The notes below the pieces were generated by a model. The model was not told where the DNA came from, made no database searches, and was given only the letters and a program-made list of their open reading frames with translations. A DNA stretch of 63,946 nt, filler included, from Lenisia limosa (taxonomy: Eukaryota; Protista; Breviatea): assembly GCA_001655205.1 (NCBI GenBank). It is 7 parts of 7 records of this genome, joined end to end, with 100 filler letters (N's around TTAATTAATTAA, not from the genome) between each part and the next. Parts side by side here need not be neighbours in the genome. Positions count along the whole stretch, not along the records: positions 1 to 5,847 come from LPNZ01005582.1; positions 5,948 to 10,633 come from LPNZ01001791.1; positions 10,734 to 19,274 come from LPNZ01008271.1; 4 more parts are not named here. One strand, 5' to 3'. Shown one piece after another: positions 1 through 11,838 of the stretch (position 1 is its first letter; each line of letters begins with the position of its first letter). The position numbers were made by a program, and so were the translations under genes.

Positions 1-68
1 GATAAGTCTCGACCGATTTGATATATTTTACAAAGCAATTCGGTCGAGACTTATCCCGGTCACTGTAT
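1..68. mobile_element. Family C MITE copy, left end cut by the window edge
   Basis: Perfect 16-bp inverted repeat (1-16 / 40-55) followed by CCGGTCACTG|TA, matching the family C terminus. Confidence 0.55.
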
Positions 69-156
69 GTATGAATGAGAAAAAAAGGTAGCATCTGGAG
101 TCCACACCATCACGCTGTATGGTATGATATTAATTCACCCAATAATTTGCCTTTTC

Positions 157-3100
157 CTACAACTTTGTGCACACACGACCAAGGAGAAAAAGATCTACTC
201 CAACCACACCAACCTGCTGTCTAAGTTTGTCTTCCAAAGTTTCTTTCTCTTGACTGAACTTCTCCATTGTCAAGGACTGCTTGACCGAAGCTGACTTGGC
301 TTCAAGATCATTGAGCTGAGTGGTGATATGTAAGACCGGTGTAAACAACACATAACGTCGTTAAAGCCAATTGCCACCCTTAAACAGCGTTTATTTTCCT
401 TTAGCTATGATAAGAGCCATGGGAGAAGCCGCTAACTTCGTCCTTGTATTGTGACACCTCCAGTTCTCTCTTTCTATTGAGGCCTCGGATCTCAGGCGTG
501 ATCATTATTCTAGAGTCTGACTTGTCTGCCATCCTGCTAACTTCATAAAAAAGGCTTCAACATTTCTCAAGGTTTCATTTTTAAACACGCCAAAAATTGG
601 CGCAGCGCGTCAGAATCTCCAACCCCAGTCCCTTGTATGTGACCGTTGCAGAATCACAGGCTCATTTCTTATCTTATATCTTTGTATTGCAATTAGCATG
701 ACAATAGTGTTTCAGTGTTAGTGTTGTGATTCACATGTCACATAGTACATATTAGTATTAGCGCATCACTTCGGTTCAAAAACAACAGAGTAAATATCGA
801 TAGTTTTCGAAGATTTATCGAATATAACCATAACAATCTGTGATGTGACTGCGAGAAGTCTCGACACGATTACACGGTGAACTAAGGATACCTGTGTAAG
901 GTCAGTGTTCAATATTCCTCCTAGATCAAAATGAGACCACGACCAAGCTGGGCAATCCGCAATGAATAATACAATAACTAATAACAACATAAACATAATA
1001 CATAGTACAAAAGCTCCCCTCCCCCATAATGAATTCGAATTATTTACATGGGGGTGATGCACTCCACACGGCCGGTTTCGTGGTTGTACCGGCGGCGAGT
1101 CATGTCACAAGCTGGGGGGNNNNNNNNNNNNNNNNNNNNNNNNNNNNNNNNNNNNNNNNNNNNNNNNNNNNNNNNNNNNNNNNNNNNNNNNNNNNAACCT
1201 TGAAATCTTCTGAAACAAAAAAAGCCCAAAATCAACTCTGCTGTCTTGGGGGTATTTAAGATGGTAATTTGTTAATGCTATCCATCCCTACACACTTATT
1301 TATTTGTTTCCCAGAATTTAATTAATGTATCGTATGAGTCTTGTTCTCAGAATAAGATATTACGCCACATTGCAAGCTTACGTTTACAGAATTTTGTTGA
1401 TGGTATCCCTATGTATATATTTGTTGGGGAGGCGCGCAAAAATCTATGTGCACAGAGTTGTAAGGCAAATGATTGGGTGAATTAATATTATACTATAATT
1501 CAATATCTCTGATAAGCGTGATGGTGTGGACGGCTTTTGGCTAGATAAAAACTTGTTTTATTCAAAGAGTATTATATATATGATATACTATATATATTTG
1601 TTTCCCTTGATTGTAATATTATGCCACATTGCGCGCTTACGTGCACATAAAGTATCCCGGGTGGCTGTACATGGATCAAGAACCATCTCCGTCATGGGGT
1701 CACACCGTGTGCATGCTGGGGAGGGGGTGAGAAATAATAATAAATACTGAGAGAAAGATAATAATAGGGGAGAGGGAGTAAAATTGGAAAATTTATGAAA
1801 CAATTGTAAAATGAAGGAATTTCGATGAAGAATATTGGCGTAAAGGTAGTTTTCACGTACGTCTGCAGGTGAAATCCGAGGTACGGCAAAGGCCTGTGCG
1901 GTACTCGAAAGGGCCACAGATGAGGGTGCAGGCTNNNNNNNNNNNNNNNNNNNNNNNNNNNNNNNNNNNNNNNNNNNNNNNNNNNNNNNNNNNNNNNNNN
2001 NNNNNNNNNNNNNNNNNNNNNNTTGATCAAAATTGACAGTGAAACAGCATAAAACTGGTCGGATTTGATGCACTAAAACATACACTAACCGCGATAAATC
2101 TAGACATGGATATTGAGCCTACACTAACGCGGTCACTGTACAATGTATATAGATGTATTTGATAATGGTAATATTTAATATATCGATATCAGATATCATA
2201 TCACTTTTTCGGTCATTTTAACACGTGTGAACCAACAAGTCTCAAGGATACTCTAATCCACTCGGGATGAACCCTCGTGTTATCTTCGTTCATCATTTCG
2301 ACTCAAAAGTCGGCCATATGATCATATCACTTATGGATATGAGTTAACATATGATCATATCACTAGGTTCCACTAAGGCCCACGCTCGCAAGTCGGATTG
2401 TTATTGGTGCTGCAGGTGCCGCTGAGATATTGATTTGTGGAGCAAGAGGTTCGACAAGCTAGGGGGGGGGGGNNNNNNNNNNNNNNNNNNNNNNNNNNNN
2501 NNNNNNNNNNNNNNNNNNNNNNNNNNNNNNNNNNNNNNNNNNNNNNNNNNNNNNNNNNNNNNNNNNNNNNNNNNNNNNNNNNNNNNNNNNNNNNNNNNNN
2601 NNNNNNNNNNNNNNNNNNNNNNNNNNNNNNNNNNNNNNNNNNNNNNNNNNNNNNNNNNNNNNNNNNNNNNNNNNNNNNNNNNNNNNNNNNNNNNNNNNNN
2701 NNNNNNNNNNNNNNNNNNNNNNNNNNNNNNNNNNNNNNNNNNNNNNNNNNNNATGTGGGGTTGGAGGTACCCAGGCAAATTCCGCTGAGATAGTATCCTG
2801 TAGAGCAGGACGTCGTGCAGGCTGCGGGGTAAAAGAGAATAGTTATGAAACAAAAAACCCAAATGCTGACAACACACGAGGGTTAATAACAACAAAACAA
2901 ACAAAGCCNNNNNNNNNNNNNNNNNNNNNNNNNNNNNNNNNNNNNNNNNNNNNNNNNNNNNNNNNNNNNNNNNNNNNNNNNNNNNNNNNNNNNNNNNNNN
3001 NNNNNNNNNNNNNNNNNNNNNNNNNNNNNNNNNNNNNNNNNNNNNNNNNNNNNNNNNNNNNNNNNNNNNNNNNNNNNNNNNNNNNAACGAGGGGAAATTC

Positions 3101-5752
3101 GAGAATATTGGTGGGAGGGTTCGGGAATAAAATTAGAAAACTTATGACACAAAAAAAGCCCAAATCAACTATATTGGCTGATGGAACAAAAAAAAACCCC
3201 AAGGATAATAGGAGGGGTGCAAGCTACGGGCTAAGAGATTATGCGGGAAGGTGAAGGAAGACGAAACAAAAAGTTGTTTTGAAACCAACGACGCAAAATC
3301 CTCGATAATACTCTTCCCTTAAGGAACGTGGGCGCGGAGGTATGGTAATTTGTTGATGGTATCCCACTGTATTTATTTGTTTCCCAGATTTTTAATGTAT
3401 ATTATTTCTCTTGTTTAAACAAATTCTCCCCTGCCAGCCCACTCTGGCAAGTGGGGTTGCTGCTGCCGCTGCAAGATCCGCTTAGGTACTTTCCGGAGGG
3501 GCAAGATGAGGTGCAGGCTNNNNNNNNNNNNNNNNNNNNNNNNNNNNNNNNNNNNNNNNNNNNNNNNNNNNNNNNNNNNNNNNNNNNNNNNNNNNNNNNN
3601 NNNNNNNNNNNNNNNNNNNNNNNNNNNNNATACAAAATTTGAAAATGACCCGAAAAGAGAGAAGAAGCCGCAAAACACAAAAACATAACACGGAATAAGA
3701 GGTTTCTACTGGCAAGACGACAGAGGCGAAGCACAAGTGTATATTCGTAAATGGTTGAATTAGCAATATAGACTCGGAAATAGAGCAAATTGGTACATAT
3801 TAGTTAATTTTAGGTAAATGTGTGTCACGCTTTTCAGAGATATTGAATTATAGTAATATTAATTCACCAAATATTTGCTTGACAACTCTGTGCACAACTT
3901 CCTGCGTGCCTCCCCAGCATACATTATATAGTTAATATATGATATATGTGTTGTAAATAATACATAAATATCAAAATTCTTACTCTGGCAAGTCGGGTTG
4001 CTGCTGCCGCTGCAAGAGCCGCTAAGATACTGACCGGAGGGGCAAGATGTGGTGCAGGCTGGAGGAGTGAGAAAAGGCTGGAGGATGAGAAAAGGCTGGA
4101 GGAGTGAGAAAAATGAACAAAAAACAACAATTATAAATCAATGATATGATATGGTGAATGGGAGCAACTCTGATGCCCTCGTGATGAAACCTCGTATTAT
4201 CCGTTCAGCATGTCGACTCGAAAGTCAGTCATACCTATACGTTAACCCACACCCATACACACAGTGGATATGGGTCAACATACCATTCGTAATTCGCTCA
4301 ATCGCTTTACCTAACCTGGGCGCGAAAGTATGGCAATTTGTTTATGGTATCCCTGTGTATTTATTTGTTTCCCTAGATTTCTAATGTATATTATTTCTCT
4401 TGTTTCAAAAAAAAAACCGCACTGATTTTTCGATTCGTGAATAGTACCTTTACGCCCCAACAAACAAAGCCCAGGCCACTCGCTTCTGCAGCACCGCATC
4501 CCATTACTCCAACAAACAAAGCCCAGGCCACTCGCTTGCCAATATTCATCATCGAAATTTCCTTCGTTTTACTCCCCCCCCCCCCACTGGCGCAATATTT
4601 NNNNNNNNNNNNNNNNNNNNNNNNNNNNNNNNNNNNNNNNNNNNNNNNNNNNNNNNNNNNNNNNNNNNNNNNNNNNNNNNNNNNNNNNNNNNNNNNNNNN
4701 NNNNNNNNNNNNNNNNNNNNNNNNNNNNNNNNNNNNNNNNNNNNNNNNNNNNNNNNNNNNNNNNNNNNNNNNNNNNNNNNNNNNNNNCAAGCCATTCGCT
4801 TCTGCAGCACCGCATCCCATCACTCAGGTCAAAATGGAAGCTATTTGGATACACTCAGAATAGCCTCATGTTCTCTTCGTTCATTTCGACTCGAAAGTCG
4901 GTTTTTTTTAGTACATACTGTACATATAGTGGATAAGGGTCAATATTTGGTGGGGCTTACAAAGGCAAGTCGGGTTGCTACTGCCGCTGCAAGAGCCGCT
5001 AAGATACTGTCCGGAGGGGCAAGATGTGGTGCAGGCTGCGAGGGGGGGGGGGGTNNNNNNNNNNNNNNNNNNNNNNNNNNNNNNNNNNNNNNNNNNNNNN
5101 NNNNNNNNNNNNNNNNNNNNNNNNNNNNNNNNNNNNNNNNNNNNNNTTTTGAAATATATTAATTGAAAAATTAATTGCCAAATTTGAAGTTCTGTTGATC
5201 TTTAATATTTCTATTCGTAGAGCATAAGCCATTAATCACTATGCTCTTCCCTGTTGATGTAGTTCTTGAAGGTGAGCAGTCAAGAGATTTTTCATTGTAA
5301 ACCGCAGATGACAGTGAGATATATTGTTATGGGAACCACATTTCAGACACTTTAATTTCAAATTTTGTCACTTAATTCTTCAAAAAATTAATTGCACAGA
5401 GTCCTACAATCAATACTTAAGCAAAATTTGAGTGCCTCAATTTAAGGCACCAAAAACATTACTTCTTTAGTTAAAGAAGATAAAACAGGAAACTTAGACG
5501 AGGATGTTAAATATAGAACTAAACCAGTGTGAACAAATACATGCCACTAAGGCTTCACTTCGGTTCGGGAAAATATCGATAGTTTTCGAGGATTTATCGA
5601 GAAATTCAGTCTTTTTTTTCGAACCGAAGTGAATCCCTACATGCCCTCCCCCACTGGCGCAGTATTTGTTGCTGGTGCCGCCGCAGGTGCCGGTCAGATA
5701 CTTTCCGGAGGGGCAGGATGAGGTGCAAGCTGTGCAGGGTGAATAATTAATG
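157..5752 (-). CDS. Multi-exon Cys-rich (TNFR-like repeat) protein with a probable C-terminal coiled coil; 5' end missing, gaps inside
   Basis: Manually spliced minus-strand exons of ~75 nt each encode one repeat: CTSSCPSGKYLTGTCGGTSNKYCA (~5665-5750), CTTSCPSGQYLSGSCSGSSNPTCL (~4963-5037), CTTSCPSGQYLSGSCSGSSNPTCQ (~3983-4060), CTSSCPSGKYLSGSCSGSSNPTCQ (~3443-3520), CTTSCSTGYYLSGICLGTSNPT (~2753-2821), CRTSCSTNQYLSGTCSTNNNPTCE (~2385-2458), CTLICGPFEYRTGLCRTSDFTCR (~1860-1934), CTRCDPMTEMVLDPCTATRDTLCA (~1638-1715). Boundaries are ag|/|gt where not hidden by N gaps. Linking the coiled-coil exon at ~200-340 to this gene is inferred. Confidence 0.7.
2083..2138. mobile_element. Family C MITE (short copy)
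   Basis: TA|CACTAACCGCG ... CGCGGTCACTG|TA: imperfect TIRs with TA on both sides. Confidence 0.55.
5550..5637. mobile_element. Family A MITE in an intron of the Cys-rich gene
   Basis: TA|AGGCTTCACTTCGGTTCG ... CGAACCGAAGTGAATCCC|TA. Confidence 0.75.
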
Positions 5753-5847
5753 CATTTGTCTACAAACAAAATACAACTCTCTGCGACAAAAAAAAACAAA
5801 AAAAAATAGAAAGAAAAAGAAAATCCACGAACGAGAGTTGGAAACAA

Positions 5848-5947
5848 NNNNNNNNNNNNNNNNNNNNNNNNNNNNNNNNNNNNNNNNNNNNTTAATTAAT
5901 TAANNNNNNNNNNNNNNNNNNNNNNNNNNNNNNNNNNNNNNNNNNNN
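5848..5947. other. Artificial scaffold linker
   Basis: Exactly 44 N + TTAATTAATTAA + 44 N; the core has stops in all six frames and recurs identically six times. Confidence 0.95.
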
Positions 5948-6222
5948 AGCCCCTTCTGTAAGGCCGAGGTGTTTCTTTTTCTGTAAGGTCGAGGTGTTTC
6001 TCTTTCTGTGCTTTTTAAGCTGTTTTTTTGCCCATTACACCAGTATTCTTGTATTACTTCCCTCTACTTATACTCGATAATAATATCTAACATTGTTCTG
6101 AGTAGTCTTTAGGGGATCGTAGACAAACAGACTAGGATATCATGAATCATAATATAGGATGGTGGGGGGCGGGTCTAATGTTATCAATTCCCTCAAAAAG
6201 TCCACTGTACTCCGGGACAAAC

Positions 6223-8232
6223 CTGTGACACGAGTCCTGAGCTGCCGCTGTGATCTGAACCGATCAAATACTGTATAAAATACGTTCTTTGAAACAAATA
6301 ATATAGTGGTACCATATACAAAATACGAACCCAGTAAAGAGTAAAAGTAATCTGTTAAAAAGGACCCAAAATGCTTCCATCTTACCTGAGAGTTCCTGGG
6401 AAACGAAAACGTTCACTTTTCTGAAGAGCGTTCCGGCCTCACAGAGCTGCCGCACCTGCAGTGACAGTGTTAAGATTTCTATAGTTCTTGCATGTTTAGG
6501 TGAATGGTAGTTTTACAACTTTGACACCTTCTTTTGCCACATCAAAGGCTTTCAATACAATTATTATAATGATACTATTGAGGGAGACTGGATTTAAAAA
6601 CCCAAAAGAAGACACTCACGGCGACAAGTTCTGACACGATGGACTAAAGAAATATCCCTGCCAGGACTTATCGCGGTCAGTGTATATTTGCTGATGTATA
6701 CTGAAAATCAAGCTAGAGTATAAAGAGCAGTTTCGGAAATTCTGACAGAAAGATGAAGAATGAAGCCCTCCCCCACCATCTGTTCAACAGGCCGAGGAAT
6801 TTGATACTCCCTTTGACAGACAAAATCTGAACCGGACAACTGAATGACCTTGCCAGATATACCCTGGGGGATGGAGTGAAAATTGGCAAATTTAATAAAA
6901 AAAAAAGGCTCAAAATCAACTCTGTTGGCTGACGACACACGAGGGTTGAGAACAATAAAAAAAAACAAAGCCCAGGCCAGTCGTTTCTACAGCACCGTAT
7001 CCCATCACTCCAGCGTACGTGAAAAATACAAAATATTAGGGCAGACTGATCAAATAATATGTTGAAGCATTGGGACGTATCAACTAATACTCTTTTCAAT
7101 TGTTTACTCCGAGAAGCAGGGATTGCCAGCTTAAGTTTCATTTATCATAAAAGATACAGTCTCGTAGAGAGAAATGAAATGCTAAATCTCTCCTGAAAAC
7201 CAACTGCCCGATATCCCAAAATGACACACACCGAAAAAGGACCCAAAATAGTCAACCACCCCAACCTGGAACGCAAAAAGCACATCACGTAGTAAGTCAT
7301 CCTCAGTGATGCCTTGGCCAAACTCCATGTGTCCGGAGGGAGTCTATGGAGTTTCAAATGGGTGTTTTTGATGCCACATTTTAAAACGATGGACGTTCAT
7401 AGAAATGCCGAATTAAGATATATCAATGAGAATAAAAAACAGGGTTGGATTTGACCGAAGCCGTTCACACCATCACGCTTAGGAGATAAGCAGTATCATC
7501 AAAAATGGATTGGGGGTTTTGTTAACTTATAGTTAGCAAAACTATGATCCTAGTTTCTATTGAGACTTGACTGCAAAAAAAAAAAAAANNNNNNNNNNNN
7601 NNNNNNNNNNNNNNNNNNNNCCACTCCACCTGGTGCTGCACCATGGAGGAATCGGGGTGCGGACTAGGGGCAATACTCGATAGTTGAAGCGATTTTGGCT
7701 CATTGGCTGGGTCGGCCTGGGGGGTGGGGGGGATAATGGAAAATTAATGTAAAAAGAAAGCCCATAATCAGCTCTGCTGGCTTGCAACACACGAGGGTTG
7801 ATAACAACAAAACAGTGTTAAGGCTTCACAAAATTGGAAAATATATGTAAAAAAAACAACTCTGTTCCACAACAACAATAACTAATTATAAATGTCACCT
7901 CCATATTGTTCAATAAATCCATCCCTCTCCTCACTTTGTTCAATAAATCCTGAAGTTCCTGGGGGTGGCGAACAACAGCCGTCTGGCTTTTGGAGGAATG
8001 TGTCAATTGTTGGATCAATAGATCGACCTGATCCCTCTGTCCGCTTCCAACTAGAAATACATGAATTGGGGATGCAGAGGGATGGGTGGATCTGGTTATC
8101 TTTTGATTCTGGTTTCTGTTTCTCATAGCTATATTTTCTAATTCACATCCCCACCATACCCATTTTCCTCAGGGCCTCCACTTCCATTGTGAGATTTCGG
8201 TTGGCATTCTCTAATGCCGGGTTGGGTACAGC
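6223..8232 (-). CDS. TUBGCP3: Gamma-tubulin complex component 3 (Spc98/GCP3), N-terminal part; start not located, 3' end lost at the linker
   Basis: The spliced exons read ITEDDLLRDVLFAFQ|GISGKVIQLSGSDFVCQREYQIPRPVEQM|VRQLCEAGTLFRKVNVFVSQELS|DHSGSSGLVSQ. This matches the GCP3 pattern LRD.L..FQGI.GK ... L.E.G.L..K ... GLV.Q. Assigning the upstream exons (~7630-8232) to the same gene is inferred. Confidence 0.7.
6613..6682. mobile_element. Family C MITE in a GCP3 intron
   Basis: CACTCACGGCGACAAGTTCTG ... CAGGACTTATCGCGGTCAGTG|TA. Confidence 0.55.
6864..7005 (-). repeat. Family B dispersed repeat forming an intron 3' end (GCP3)
   Basis: Same sequence as copies at ~2822-2908, 7717-7815, 12988-13090, 45941-46075, 51800-51904, 59141-59240, 61795-61856 and 62148-62200; it ends at the acceptor at 6864. 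Confidence 0.8.
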
Positions 8233-8280
8233 CTAAAACGATCAATGGAGTATATAAAACGAGCAATGGAGTATATATAG

Positions 8281-8401
8281 TCCGTGCGATTAATTTAGAA
8301 ATTAATTAACAAAATTTGAAATTAAAGTGTCTGAAATGGAGTTCCCATGCCATATGGCTCACTACATATTCGGGAATTAATTTTTCAATTAATTGCGCGG
8401 A
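8281..8401. mobile_element. Family H MITE-like element
   Basis: Imperfect TIRs TCCGTGCGATTAATT / AATTAATTGCGCGGA. The internal ACAAAATTTGAAATTAAAGTGTCTGAAA recurs inverted at ~5340-5368. Confidence 0.5.
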
Positions 8402-9715
8402 TCCCCAATATATCCTCATAGCTAAAATACAGTTAATGAGTTTATTTACAGGTTAATGTGGGGAGGTATACGACCAGCCAAAACACTGTTAATGGGGCTA
8501 TAAAAATAACCTATCTTAAAAAAAACGTTTTCTGGAGGAATAAGGCATAAGTAACATTATGTTGGAGGGATTTGTCAAAGGAAGATAATTGAAACTGTTA
8601 GGTTCTTGCGTAATGAGGTTATATCAACTTGAAAACTGTTATTTATGGAGAGTGAGCAGGAGAGGGAGAGGGGGGGGGGCAGAGTTATGAAAAGTGTTTT
8701 GGGGAATAGAAGAAAAAACAGTTATGTTGATATAGCATTAAAACTGACGTGAAAGAAAAATAGGGAAGAGTATACAATGAGGACTCCAATATAACTTAGA
8801 TAATAACTGATATGGCAGATATTGCAAAAAAAATGAGAAATGCTGCATTACAGCAATGATAAAAGAATAATAATAATGGGAGATTGTCCAATACAAAGAA
8901 GCAAACGAGGTATTTTATTGTATAAAAAAGAAATATATACGGCAGTTTATTGCAACTTAAGAAGCTTCAGACAGACTCACCATTATGGCTGTTCCTCTCT
9001 AACGACTTCGGCAAAAACGTTGGTTTTCAGGTAGCCTTGTGTTGATGGTCTAATCTTCTTATAAAATGTTATAGGATGAAAAAGGAGCGAGAATGCAACT
9101 TTTTAGTAATATAGCAAAGTGCGGTAGCCGGAAGTTATCAAAACCGAAATTTTGTAAACTGAACGCCTTTCCCCCTCTTCATTGCGTAAATATTCATATT
9201 TTCTAATTTTAAACTGAATATCCTCGGAAAATACGCTTAAACAGTTCCCAACAGTCCGGGTCTCGTGAAGATCTCAAGAAGTATGGTGGTGGTGCTTATG
9301 AAGCAATTACTGGAGGGATAGTGATATGGTCAACGTAAAAATGGCATTTTAAGCTTTTATAAATTGATTCTCATCCTTCTGATTCAATTCTGTAGCCTTA
9401 TCTATCGTCTCTGTTATATCACTGGCGATTTATGATGCGTTTGTGTCTGAGACCGATGTCTGAAAAGACCGGTAAAATAAATTTATAGTATTTATTGAGG
9501 AACTATTTTGCAGTGACTCTTTTTTTTACCACTTTGTGCTGTGGAAAAGCCTTTTTATATATTATTATGTTGACGCTCTTGTTACCTTGTGTGTTAATTC
9601 TTGCCCGGTGTTTCTGAATGAGGTGATTACTTTCTACCTATCTAAAAGTCTGTCTGTACCGTATTATTACCTGATTTTCGTTTCCATTTTCAGTGATAGC
9701 CACGGGAAAAACTCT

Positions 9716-9840
9716 GTTATCTGAGTATCGCCGTTTAAGTGTATTCTGAGTGTCACTGTTTTAGTGCTATCTGAGTGTCACTGTTTTAGTGTTATCTGAG
9801 TGTCACCGTTTAAGTGTTATCTGAGTGTCACTATTTTAGT
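9716..9840. repeat. Minisatellite, 5 x 25 bp
   Basis: Consensus GTTATCTGAGTGTCACTGTTTTAGT, head to tail with no spacers. Confidence 0.9.
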
Positions 9841-10109
9841 GTCGGAAACGTCGGAAGTTCAGGTTAAGTCAGAGGTGAAATCCGAGCCGCTATATGAGCC
9901 GAAGGCTGCCTCGGTTTGCTTCTTTTTGAGATGTTTCATAATCTAGTGTATTTTGTCATTATTACCTTGATAGTAAAAGGGATTTGTTCCCTTATTGGGG
10001 AAGGGAGGACTTCCTATTTTATTTTTTTCACTCTCTCAGCTACCATAATGCCTGTAATGATATTCTATGATATAATATTGTTAAACAGAAGGGAAATCTA
10101 ATAACTTAG

Positions 10110-10193
10110 CTTCGAAAAAGACCGTGAAAATATCGTCATTTATCGAGGATTTATCGAGGAATTCTGTCTTTTTTGGGACTGTAGGGAAGCCCT
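10110..10193. mobile_element. Family A MITE (partial)
   Basis: TTCGAAAAAGACCG...TTTATCGAGGATTTATCGAG...GTAGGGAAGCCC|TA; a second partial copy lies at ~10224-10280. Confidence 0.6.
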
Positions 10194-10633
10194 ACTAATA
10201 CGGTCACCGTAACTCTCCCTATCAGGGCGTCACTTCGGTCCAACGCTAAATTTCTCGATGAATCCTCGATAAATAGTACCTTTGTTTTTCACATCACACA
10301 CTCATACACAAACTCGCTCACTCACTTACACGTACACACACATACACTCATACGCGAGCACACCCACAAACAAACACAAATGATGCTTCAGAAGAGCCCC
10401 GAAGTACCCGGGGGTGAAGATGAGCTGATTGCTGAAATGGACGTTTTCCTCAATTGCGACGCCTCGCCATATAGGTTAGGCGTTAAAATATATTATATGT
10501 AACTTCCATATTATTTTCTATTAATATCATTGTATGATATGGAACTTCCCTTCAGTCCGAAACAAGACGGGTTGATGTCGATATTATCCCAAATGTTTAC
10601 GTGAAGGTGTGGGTATGATCCCCCCCCCCCACG

Positions 10634-10733
10634 NNNNNNNNNNNNNNNNNNNNNNNNNNNNNNNNNNNNNNNNNNNNTTAATTAATTAANNNNNNNNNNN
10701 NNNNNNNNNNNNNNNNNNNNNNNNNNNNNNNNN
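10634..10733. other. Artificial scaffold linker
   Basis: 44 N + TTAATTAATTAA + 44 N. Confidence 0.95.
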
Positions 10734-11271
10734 CTCATGTCCTCCTTGAGGCAAGGGCAGATTCCTGCTGCCAGGCCTCCGGTGTGACTGAAAGGAGGGC
10801 TTTATTCCTGGACGAGGGTGTGGTGGTGGCAGGCGAGAAAGGCCAACAGGTGTCCAAAATGGCTCTCTTCTTGGTCTCCGGAGATGGGAATAGGAGCGCA
10901 TCCATGATTGGTCTTGATGGACGGGCCAATTTCCCGCCTTAGGTTAACCATTGTTGGATGTTGGCAAACGGAGAGCAGATGGCGGAGGGATTCCTGGTGT
11001 GGAGGAGATGGAGCTGGGCTCCGGAGGCGCATCTTCTCCCGCTTCCATGTAGGAGTTCGCTTCCCAGGCCGGGGTGTGGTTGGCATAGCACTTCTCGTTC
11101 TTGATTGGGTGTGGATGTGGTTCCTCATTAGGCTCAAATGGAGCCGGTGGCTGTGAGCTTCCGCTATCCTTGAAGCGTGGCCAAGGCAGAAGAAGGCTCT
11201 GGTTGTAGTACCTGGGGTACCTTCTGGGGATGAGTACAAGATGAGGAATCCTTGTGACCTGCTTTGAAAGG
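10734..11271 (-). mobile_element. Possible non-LTR retrotransposon 3' remnant
   Basis: About 540 bp, relatively GC-rich and intron-free, unlike local genes. The open frame contains ESLRHLLSVCQHP, resembling the ET..HLL..C zinc-binding motif of LINE ORF2 C-termini. No RT motifs seen. Confidence 0.3.
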
Positions 11272-11838
11272 ACAAGAAATGTTTTATCGAAAAATATTCA
11301 GTAAACACAAGATAAAAAAGATACATAGGAGAGCGGCGGCGGAGTGGACGGGGACGGAATGGAGGTGTGTTCACTTCTAAAGTGGTGCGGCGGGCGGACT
11401 TCTGGGCAGTGGGTAAGCAGACTAGAGCGNNNNNNNNNNNNNNNNNNNNNNNNNNNNNNNNNNNNTTGAAAGGACAAGAAATGTATTTATCGAAAAACAT
11501 TCAGTAAATCTTTTGAAAGAACAATAAAAGTATCTATAAAAAAAACAATCAATTAAAGAGAGAAAGACAGAAACAACGGGAACAGAAAATATCATATACA
11601 GTTTTATTTGCACGTTGGTGGTGGCGGGTCGGGCGGGGGTCAAATCCCAAGGATTGTGGCGGGATCTTGGCACTGGGAGTGCAAACCGTTTTACAGGTTT
11701 CGCCTATCACAGGATAGGGATGGAAATGAGCTTTGAAAGAACAATAAATGTATCTATAACAATAACATAGAAATGAGCGGCGGAGTCGATATTTCAGAAA
11801 AAACTTGCATCGGGTGTGAAATAGGTGGGTTAACTTTC

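Noticed and set aside
2435-2793. ORFs dominated by X
   Set aside because: They are open only because N runs contain no stops; the same applies to all X-rich ORFs in the track.
4166-4200. Hammerhead ribozyme (CTGATG...GAAA)
   Set aside because: The core is CTGATGC rather than CTGANGA, and the required stems do not form.
5892-5903. TTAATTAATTAA palindrome as a biological site
   Set aside because: It is always centred in exactly 44+44 N, so it is an assembly linker.
9716-9840. CRISPR-like array
   Set aside because: The 25-bp units are directly adjacent with no unique spacers, no cas genes are present, and the context is eukaryotic.
10380-10474. Possible first exon of Pol III subunit RPC5 (EDELIAEMDVFL)
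   Set aside because: The resemblance is short, the expected following L.QYP segment was not found, and the scaffold ends soon after.
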